Positions 1 to 8,392 of a stretch of 34,278 nucleotides of DNA are shown piece after piece. Where the stretch lies: positions 1-34,278 of the forward strand of contig RBNJ01000280.1 in NCBI GenBank assembly GCA_003990765.1. The letters run 5' to 3'. The notes below the pieces were generated by a model that was not told the DNA's origin, made no database searches, and saw only the letters and a list, made by a program, of their open reading frames with translations. This DNA is from Jimgerdemannia flammicorona. Lineage: Eukaryota. How positions within the stretch are numbered: position 1 is the first letter of the stretch; the number at the start of each line of letters is the position of its first letter. The translations under genes and the position numbers were made by a program.

Positions 1-408
1 ACTCTCACAGAGTCTCTTGAAGTAGCAGGGGAGGGTGGGTGAGTTCGAAGTATATCTGCCCACAGGCTTACTAGTTCCTTTGCTATCTCTTTGCTTTTGA
101 ACTATTTCGATCTGAGGTTTATTCACTCGAAGATACTGGGTTATTTATACAAGTTTGCTAGCTATGAGAGGGTGGCTAAGTAATAAATGAGTCATTTGGA
201 CTTTGTCGAAATATTTGGACAATGTCTAAATTCTATACTAAATTGGGGTATTTGATTTGGATAATGTCTAAAATTTAGACAATGTCTAAGAATTTAGATA
301 ATATCAAAATCAAGGACTGCTAACTATAATGCTATACTACTTTGGGAATAGGTGCGATCAAGTGTCTATTCCCTATTTCCTTCTTTCAAATCTGGCTGTA
401 CCGTCACA
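1..408 (-). mobile_element. LTR of an LTR retrotransposon (copy 1, truncated by window start; 5' LTR or solo LTR)
   Basis: Close match to 27600-28006, differing mostly by transitions; ends ...GTCACA at 408. On the minus strand a TATA-like GTATAAATA (~142-150) is followed by AATAAA (~118-123). There is no polypurine tract at the 408 junction. Confidence 0.85.
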
Positions 409-420
409 ATATATATATAG

Positions 421-3400
421 ATGAAATCTTGCAAGATAACTTCAACTTTTTTGATATTAGCTTTAACTCTAGCTTTGATTTCATCTCTATCATCTCTATC
501 TCTACCTCTACCTCTATCTCCATCTCTACCTCTATCTCTATTTGTATATTCATATCATCTATCTCTATATTTATCTTCAACTATGATCTATGAAATATAT
601 CTATCTTCAACTATGGTCTATAAAATAATCAATTATACAAAACTTAAGATTTCTGAACTTAAAGCAAAATACAGAGAGTTTAGCCTACTAATTGATAGTA
701 TAAAGAAAGTGCTGATTACAAGATTGTAAGAATTTCAGAATCCTTGCTAAGCTTTATTATTATCTATATTATCTACTAGATAAGCTCTATCATCTATATC
801 ATTTACTAGAAGAGACTCAAATCTACCTTATCTCTATTGAAATATCTATACTATAGACTAGTCAGAGAGACTATATTTACTCAAAGAGACCATCAGTACC
901 TCAACTGTTTCTATCTTAGTTAAAAACAAAACTTGGTTTACTTAATTAATAATACTTCTTCCAATAGCTCAGAGAATATCTTTGTTATTAATATCAATAT
1001 TATTCACATTTAATAGTTTTAAGATAAATGACTAAAATAGTATTAGTAATAATAGTAAAAGATCTAAATATAAAAAATCATATTACTATAAGAAATAATA
1101 AGTAATCAAGATAGTGATATATATAGTTAATGAAGATCAGAGTATATCTGAATATATATTAGGACCAATAGATAAAGCAGTAGATGAGCTATACTCAATT
1201 AGTATACAATATAGTAGTTATAAACTATTAATATATATGATATTATAACTATTAGTTTTTTTTCTATCTCTTTCTCAAGTATGAGATTAGAAGTATATAT
1301 CACTGACATTTTATAGAAATAGTACTATATGAGGTTCTAGACTATGCAATTACATTAGCAATCTGAGTATAGGATGAGATTGATTGATGGAATAAAGAGC
1401 TTATAAAGATAGAACAGATACTATAATATTAGCTTTATTTTGTAACTAAAAAAATCTAATCTAAACTATCATAATCTATACTCAATACTGTTAGATACTT
1501 TTTCAATTTTACCTTTAGCTTCTACATAATGATGAGTTGGTTTCTACTGACTCTTATTACTCATACTATAAGACAAAACTACTACTTTATCACAAATATT
1601 GACAAAAGAGCCATTACTGATCAAATGATAAAGAATTTATTAAGATAGATTTGAAACTCTTATACATATAATAGATATTTTGGATAATAGTTATTTATCT
1701 GAGTATATAGTAAAGAAATCTATCACATACTCCTTTCTCTGCTACCTTACTGGTCACAATGATTTGGTAGGCAATCTTCCAAGTCTACTTTCTACAATTA
1801 TTACCCCCTCTACCTCAGGTTGGTTTGCTGTATCTGTTGCAGAGCAGTAGGAGGGAGGCAATAGTAATGAGTTACCTCTTTATCAGTGTCAGATTGGTGT
1901 CTTCTTTACTTTTTCGTGGTTTCTGGTATCTTTGGCTACATCTGGAGTATATCTGTTTTGGTGCAGCACCTTCTTCCTTTTGCCATCACTAATAAGGTAC
2001 TGTCTCGGTATATCTTGGGCTACATAGGGAGTCAGCTGACCTTGGGCATCAAGTGCTCAGTGTAGATTACTTGCAGGTCCTTGGTATCTGTAGTGGGGCC
2101 CTCTGACTTTGGCAAGCTTCCTGGCAAGTGTGGTTCTGGCGTAAGTGACTGTTTTTCAGATATTGTCAGGATGGGAGGGGAGATGGCTGTCACAGATAGG
2201 AGAAAGAGCAATAATGGTAAACCAGTAGAGTGCCAGGCTGGGGACAGTCATCAGGACTGGGGTGGGTGTTGCTTTGGTGGAGCCTTTTGATTGATATAGT
2301 ATAGTTAGGTAGTAGATATCACTCTCGGCTTCTTTTGGCAGGTTGGCGAGTCAGGCTCCAGTTATCAGGAGGGGTCAGAAGACCTGAGGCTACCTATTTT
2401 AGACATCTTGGCTACACTCAAATAGAACTGGAAGCTGATATGGCAATGTGATCAAGGCCCACAGACTTAAGTAGTGGGGTATTGGGGGTCTCCTCCTGTC
2501 TTATATATAAGTCCTTTACTCACCTCAACTAGGAGAACTAGGCCCTACCCACCATGTTATGCTTTGATGAGAGTTTTTCTTTACCTGTTATTCTCTTTAG
2601 AGTAGTAGAGACTATTCTATTTGGCTCAGGCATATGTAGCCTTATACATACATTGAGTTCTTGGGTGTATACTTTCAGTCATTAGCATATGGTTGGGTTT
2701 CCCCTGGTGGTAGGGAGAGTATGATATATAGAATGAGGTATGGGCTGCTATAGGCTCTACTGTGTCTGGTATGGTCAAGCTGCTGGACAATAGCTAGCCT
2801 AGATTAATGGGGGGGCAGTGCTTGATGAGTGGTGGGGGAGGGTTTTGGCCTATATAGTCTAGGTTCCCTTCTAATAAAAATCTACAGAACATTGAGTCTA
2901 TTAAAAAAAACAAAAAACAAAACAAAAAAACAAAAAACAAAAAAACAAAGAAATCTATAAAAACCAAATAGAGATATATCTGTACTATTAATCCTAGTAC
3001 TTAGACCTTTTTAACTTGATAAATGATTTATTTAATTTTTATTTATTTATTTTATTTTATTTATTTATTAAAAAAAAAAAAAACTTTTTAGGTATTTCTC
3101 TATATAAAAACATAGTTGTTTTTGGTGAAAATAATATTCAACATATTGTCCAGCTGCTTCTTTTTCTTAATAATCTTATTTCATATATCAGCTAGGTACT
3201 GGCTCAATGATGAGATAAGTTTCATTATATACAAATACCTATATATCAGAGAATAAAGAACCTGATCGATAAGTGTTACAAGAAAGCAGCATTGTGATTT
3301 CTAATAATATTTGATATAGTTATTATTTTATGGTTCAATTTGCATTTAATGGTTGGAAAAAAAAAAAGATAAAAAAAGAAGACTCAATAGGCACATAGTG

Positions 3401-3783
3401 TACAAGATGTTGACATAGAGTCATGGTAATTATGATAATTTTTTTTTTTTTTAATTTATTATCATTTTCTTATTCTTTTTCTTTTGTAAGACTCTCTGCA
3501 ATGACAGAACACCCATGCAGTATAAACTCAGTAATTATTTTTTATTAGGGCATTTCTCAATTGATTGCTCAACAAGGCTGAGGAGCTAGGAAAGAAGGTG
3601 GTCATTATTTCTGAGGCATATACATCAAAGACATGTAGTGTATGTGGGTGGATCAATCAGGGGTTGGGCAGTCAAAAGATCTTTCAGTGCTGGGATTGTA
3701 AATGGATAGTAGATAGAGATGTAGATGGCACCCAAGGGATCTTTCTGAGAGGACTTCTGTTTCTCAAAGGGAGATCTCAATGA
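421..3783 (+). pseudogene. Degenerate Fanzor2 (IS607-TnpB-like RNA-guided endonuclease) gene with N-terminal SAP domain, two introns and a LINE insertion
   Basis: Motifs occur in the expected order and most are restorable by C>T/G>A reversal plus a few 1-nt frameshifts. SAP-like 634-726; N-terminal PY-W..SERLYL.KET..KTWF 826-939; MKIRVY(P)..Q..KQ(W)M(G)..(R)LVYN from 1130; V(P)YEVLD ~1322; (F)(RSRKDPTQ)TI at 1441; RuvC-I CTI(D)P(G)T(R)TFLT 2981-3016; FGE..IQ.IV.LL..L..LIS 3121-3183; QRIKNLID.C.KKAAL(W) 3247-3297; RRLNR..V.KMLT(W)SH 3377-3424; intact LLNKAEELG..SEAYTSKTCSVCG..C..C..DRDV.G..GIFLR 3565-3750. Putative introns at ~3019-3091 (donor eroded GT>AT, ends TTTTTAG) and 3426-3548 (GTAATT...TTATTAG). 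Confidence 0.85.
1724..2946 (+). mobile_element. 5'-truncated, degenerate LINE inserted into the Fanzor gene
   Basis: Exact 12-bp TSD AAAGAAATCTAT at 1712-1723 and 2947-2958; AATAAA ~2874 and A-rich tail 2903-2946. ORF2 C-terminal remnants (EGG motif ~1851, NWKLIW ~2426, eroded C-x2-C zinc-knuckle-like ~2546). Higher GC than the flanking Fanzor relic. Confidence 0.8.
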
Positions 3784-3789
3784 AGGTTT

Positions 3790-4080
3790 TGCTTGATGGA
3801 GCTGCCCAGGTTGCGAAACTTGGTGTACGGGGTGAATTTCACGTGCCTGACTAGTGTTGACTAGCCATGGTTAGTGATGCTCGCTTAGACCCATCCGGGT
3901 TCCGCATTTGACATTTTCGAAATTCAAAAGAGACATAGGATGTTGACCTACAATAATTGGAGGGCTTGGGAAGGCTGTATCGGAGGTTGTGTGGCGTGTA
4001 TTTGAGTCGAGCAGCACTACAGTTAGTGTTGGGGCAGAAAAGGACGTTCGGTGCGGAATGCCATAGGTCAAATCTTTCGG
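3790..4080 (+). ncRNA. Candidate Fanzor omegaRNA scaffold / element right end
   Basis: Directly downstream of the RuvC-III/Zn-finger exon and CpG-retaining. Local hairpins at ~3824-3846, 3851-3864, 3867-3894 and ~4013-4030. Crossing long-range helices 3900-3906/4052-4058 and 3937-3950/4064-4076. Ends in TCTTTCGG. Boundaries are inferred. Confidence 0.55.
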
Positions 4081-4340
4081 TTACAGCTGTGTTGAGGGGC
4101 TGAACTTTTTGGCTCCATTCCGATTATATTTTGCAGTTTTTGTGTAGGACAAGGACAGGAATGTAAATGTAGGTACGAATATTAAGCACACAATGTTTGT
4201 GGGCGTTTTTTGCAAAAGAAAGAATCCACCAGGTACCTAATTACACTGAAGCGGACTATATACAAATTAACTAGTCTTCAGCTTTTATCGAAATATTCTA
4301 CTCTCCGAACAGGAAATTATTATACGCCCCATCGCCTCCA

Positions 4341-7300
4341 TCACGCTTGCTCTCGCCCGTCGTCATTATCCACGCGTAGTCCGCCCGTGGATGTTGGTGC
4401 ACCGTCTAACACTGCCAGTCCATCACGCGGTGGCATAGGTGTACTACGCGGCGGCACGGATGTATCACGCGACCGTTCCTGCACACCATACAGCGACTCA
4501 ACACCGCTACCCCCCTCCTTGTTCACCGCTGCCTTCGCGCCCCGCCAATCATCGTCATTATTGTACGCGCTGTGTAAAGAGCTAACGTTACTCTGGAAAC
4601 TCTGGGTGGAAGAATTGTGCCCGCCTTGATTGGAGAGAAACGTCGGTGTCAATGGCGAGAGCCGTTGCATGTTGGGATACATATTGTCGAGGTCGGTGGT
4701 GGGCACATTGGAGTCGAAGCCGAGCTCGTCGTAAGGATAGCGGCCGTCATAAGCCGCGTCGTCGTCCTCGACAAATAAGCCGTCGTCCTGATCCTGTAGG
4801 CCAAAGGATAGCCGGCTGAGCTGCGTGCTGCGCTTGTGTTGGAGCGACATCTCGCTCGGCGACGTCAGCGGTGGTTCCACCGCCCTCTCGCTCCCATCGC
4901 CGTACGAAGATCGAAAGCTGTGCGGTGGCGGGATCGACATCGACAGATCGGTCGACATCGATGCGCGCGGCGTGGGTGATGGGTTGTCCCTCCTATCATC
5001 ATCTCCGAGAACGTGGCTTTGTGCAACCTTCTGCGAGCCGCTCTCACTCTCGTCATCATCATCGCCATTCTGGGCACTATACTCAATGCCACCATCCCTG
5101 CTCAAGTTATGAACATTCATGTTAGCGTTGGCCACCACCGTGTTGAGCCCTCTAGGCCCTCTGCTCATGCTGTTTCGTGGCGTGCTCTCGGTACTGCTCG
5201 AGAGACTATCGCGCATCATGTTCTTCACCGTTAGCATGCTCTTCCGCGGGTTTCCGTCGCCGTCCATCCTGGTATCGAATCCGACCCATTGTAGCGACGC
5301 GACGGACCGGTTCCCGGCCGAGGATGCCGAATTCCGCTGCATGCGCCGAGGTGAGTCTGGGATCTCGGTAATGGGCGACGGGAGCTTGCTTGCTGTCTTG
5401 TAGGAGCGGTTGACGAAGAAGGAGCTTGAGCTGCGCTTCGAGCTCGGGCTCTTGCTAGCCCTGGCGCTGGAGGGCGAAACCATGTTGTTGGAGGGCAGCG
5501 TCGGGACGGCGGACGAGGGATTTGAGTCACCGATTGACCTGAACAGTGTGACGGGGTTCACGTTGAGTGTCAGGCGGCGCTTCGTCTTCTCGGGCGCTGC
5601 GGGCCCGGAGGACACGGAGGACAATGCAATCACTGAGCCCTGCGTGCCGTTCGATCCGGTTTCCGAAATGAAACTGGCAGGCGTCGGCGGGACCGACTGG
5701 GCCGAACTGTCGTCGCCGGGGATCTCAGGAAGTTTACCCGAGCCCGTGCTTCCTGCTTCGTTGGAGAGGACGTTGGGCAACGAGCCTTTGCGAAACGCCG
5801 GCATGGAACCCTTTCGCGGCATCGAAGCATTCCCCTCGTTGGTACCCTCGCCAAACCATCCCGATTCTGACGCCGACAAATCCGGGCCTCCACTGCTGGC
5901 GTAAGGAGCAGGATACACACTGTTGAGTTCGGTCATGTTGACGTTCGTACCGAGGCCTGCGTCCAGCCTCACTGGATCTGGGCTGCTGAACAACGAACCT
6001 CTTCCTCCAAGCCACTTCTTTGCCTTGGGTGGAGCTTGCAAGATGACAACTTGATCAACGTTCAGTTTTCCAGGTTGTCCGGTGATAGAACTCGATCTGC
6101 TTCGGAGCCGAGTATGCATCTGGGATGACGGCAGGAGTATGGGAGACTTGCGTTCACGCCTCCTTCGTCGGACTACGCCAACCAAGATCGCCAGACCGGC
6201 GATGACGGCTATGCCCACGCAGATGGCGACGATCGGGCCGAGCCCGATAGAACTGCCCGTGGGGAATGGGGTTGGAGACACTGACGAGCTCGCGGATGCG
6301 GTGATGCCACCCGTGGCGATCGTGGTGGCAGAAGGGTACTGCGCTTGCACGGCTCCTCCCGCTATCCACTTCATCGCGTTGAGATCCAGATAGTAGAACG
6401 CCGAGTCGGCGGTGGTGTTCGTCGCAGTTTGGCCACCAAAGACCATCATGATGCTGGAGTTCGGACCGACCAGAAGAGCGCTATGGCCTGATCGGGCCGA
6501 TGGTGTTAGATTAAAAAGAGGTGCGATAGTGTTCCGCTGTGACCATGACATGGTTGGGAGCTTGCTGACGTCGAGAACCCAGACATCGTTGTAGAGTTGG
6601 TTGGTCAGATCGTTAACACCACCGAAGGCAATGAGGCTCTGATTATCCGGACCAAGGATCATGGTGGCGTACGATCGAGCAGCGGGGCCTCCTGCATGGG
6701 TGTACAGAGGGTCAATGTACGTCAGATTGTTTGTATCAAAAATTGTGCAGTTCGATAGAGGTGCGCTCTTGTCATTCCGCCCAAAGCAGCTGACTAGATG
6801 GTTGCTGACCGCGACAGTTGAATGCCCAGCGAAGGGCTGTGCAGGATGGGCCTTTGGAAAGACGACCGGTGTCCATGCCAAGGTTGTCAAGTCAAGGTAA
6901 GAGATATCCGAGATGACTTTGGGCGTCTTCGGGTCGGGCACCTGACCTCCAATTACAAACACCCTGTTGCCGACAATCGTTGCCGTGTGAGCAATCCTCT
7001 GTGTCGGCGTTGTGCCGGTCGTCTGTACAGTCGTCATGTTCTCGAGCCCCACGTCCAATATTCGGACTGGGTCGGCGAGTATGCTCGCCGGTGATGTCTG
7101 GGTCTGGCCGAAAAGCGTCATCACCTTATTTCCACCAAGACCGACAACACTATGTCCGGTCACTGCGATGCTCAGGTTGAGCGGCTGAGTGAGTTGGAGA
7201 GCGATATTTGTATTCAGGACGTCCGTCGCGATGGTGTTGCTATTGATCAGCGTGCCTCCGATGGTTATCACTCTTGATGAGTCGATGCGTGTCGAGACGT

Positions 7301-7418
7301 GATGGTATCGGGGTAAGATATCGGCCGCGATGATTGAGAAGATGGACAGAAGGCAGAGAACGGTCTCGCCATAACGGAGTCGGCGGTGACGGGAAGGGGG
7401 TATGGATGAGCGAAACAT
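4341..7418 (-). CDS. Type I membrane protein with extracellular Kelch-repeat beta-propeller and long Ser-rich cytoplasmic tail
   Basis: 1025-aa intronless ORF. N-terminal hydrophobic signal (VLCLLSIFSIIAA); Kelch motifs (R.AHTATIVGNRVFVIGG, GHSTV..LVSCFG, PAARSYAT..LIAFGG..LYNDVWVLD, PSARSGHSA..MMVFGG); TM helix PIVAICVGIAVIAGLAILVGVV followed by RRRRRERK. Confidence 0.9.
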   Translation of the reverse strand: MFRSSIPPSRHRRLRYGETVLCLLSIFSIIAADILPRYHHVSTRIDSSRVITIGGTLINSNTIATDVLNTNIALQLTQPLNLSIAVTGHSVVGLGGNKVMTLFGQTQTSPASILADPVRILDVGLENMTTVQTTGTTPTQRIAHTATIVGNRVFVIGGQVPDPKTPKVISDISYLDLTTLAWTPVVFPKAHPAQPFAGHSTVAVSNHLVSCFGRNDKSAPLSNCTIFDTNNLTYIDPLYTHAGGPAARSYATMILGPDNQSLIAFGGVNDLTNQLYNDVWVLDVSKLPTMSWSQRNTIAPLFNLTPSARSGHSALLVGPNSSIMMVFGGQTATNTTADSAFYYLDLNAMKWIAGGAVQAQYPSATTIATGGITASASSSVSPTPFPTGSSIGLGPIVAICVGIAVIAGLAILVGVVRRRRRERKSPILLPSSQMHTRLRSRSSSITGQPGKLNVDQVVILQAPPKAKKWLGGRGSLFSSPDPVRLDAGLGTNVNMTELNSVYPAPYASSGGPDLSASESGWFGEGTNEGNASMPRKGSMPAFRKGSLPNVLSNEAGSTGSGKLPEIPGDDSSAQSVPPTPASFISETGSNGTQGSVIALSSVSSGPAAPEKTKRRLTLNVNPVTLFRSIGDSNPSSAVPTLPSNNMVSPSSARASKSPSSKRSSSSFFVNRSYKTASKLPSPITEIPDSPRRMQRNSASSAGNRSVASLQWVGFDTRMDGDGNPRKSMLTVKNMMRDSLSSSTESTPRNSMSRGPRGLNTVVANANMNVHNLSRDGGIEYSAQNGDDDDESESGSQKVAQSHVLGDDDRRDNPSPTPRASMSTDLSMSIPPPHSFRSSYGDGSERAVEPPLTSPSEMSLQHKRSTQLSRLSFGLQDQDDGLFVEDDDAAYDGRYPYDELGFDSNVPTTDLDNMYPNMQRLSPLTPTFLSNQGGHNSSTQSFQSNVSSLHSAYNNDDDWRGAKAAVNKEGGSGVESLYGVQERSRDTSVPPRSTPMPPRDGLAVLDGAPTSTGGLRVDNDDGREQA

Positions 7419-8392
7419 ATGACGTTATTTCGGGAGGGGGAGAAAAAGCTCACTTATGAAAAGGAATGGTGTGTGGAGAACGCCCGAAAGGTGTTTAGGG
7501 AACCAGGATAGTTTGCAGAGTTCATTAACTTTGGGTATGAAAACCCCGTTCGGGAAAGCAGACCCTGATTACGGCAGGAGTCTCTATGTTGTACGTAGTA
7601 GGTATGTTCGGAACAGGAAAGCACCACAAAGTTAGCTGTGCATGACGAAGCCTTTCGTAATATGATGTCCCGATGTCGATTGAGAACCGACACCAGCACA
7701 TCGATTGAGGTATCTTTCGCCTGTCAGGGTGTGTCAATATGTCCCGCTGGGAATTTTGCCGGTGCGAATTTCACGGTGCGACCGCGTTTTAATGAGCTCC
7801 TTCCATTAAAGGAAATCATCGAGCCACCCCCGCTCGCCATTGGCTGTCACCATCACGAGCCTGTTTCACATTCGTGTGTCGCTTTTCCATCGTTCCAAAC
7901 TGTTGGAACACACGAGCTTTGGTCACGCTCTTGCTTATGTACTTATCCGCCGCCGTCTCACAACCATCGACTAAGCCTTCGTTGTTACACAAACGTCGCT
8001 AAGTTGCTCTATCTCCGTTTGTGTGGCTGAAATAAAAATAGCAGAACTTGGAGATTCGATGTGGGTGTGGGTGTAACTAGATTGCCCCACCAAAGTGAAC
8101 ATATCCACATTTGATGAGAACTAAGCATCCGTTGTTGATATTTCGGGCACGAAAAAGATATTAGGAGAAATTACATTTGTGATGAACTTCCGATACTCCA
8201 CTAACCTATACTTTTTTAAAATGACAAAGTGATGCGAGAATGAGATGGATGGGTGCTAATGCCAAATGCGTAAACGGCCAAGAGCGGTGATACATATTAA
8301 TAAACATACAGGGTTACTTATTTACATTCAAAAATTGGTATAATACGAAACAACATATTGGACGATATTATTGGTTGCGGGCAATGCGCGCG

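Noticed and set aside
565..627. Two ~30-bp tandem repeats (TATCTTCAACTATG..CTAT.AAATA) as CRISPR-like repeats
   Set aside because: Only two adjacent copies without spacers, in a eukaryotic coding relic; a simple in-frame duplication.
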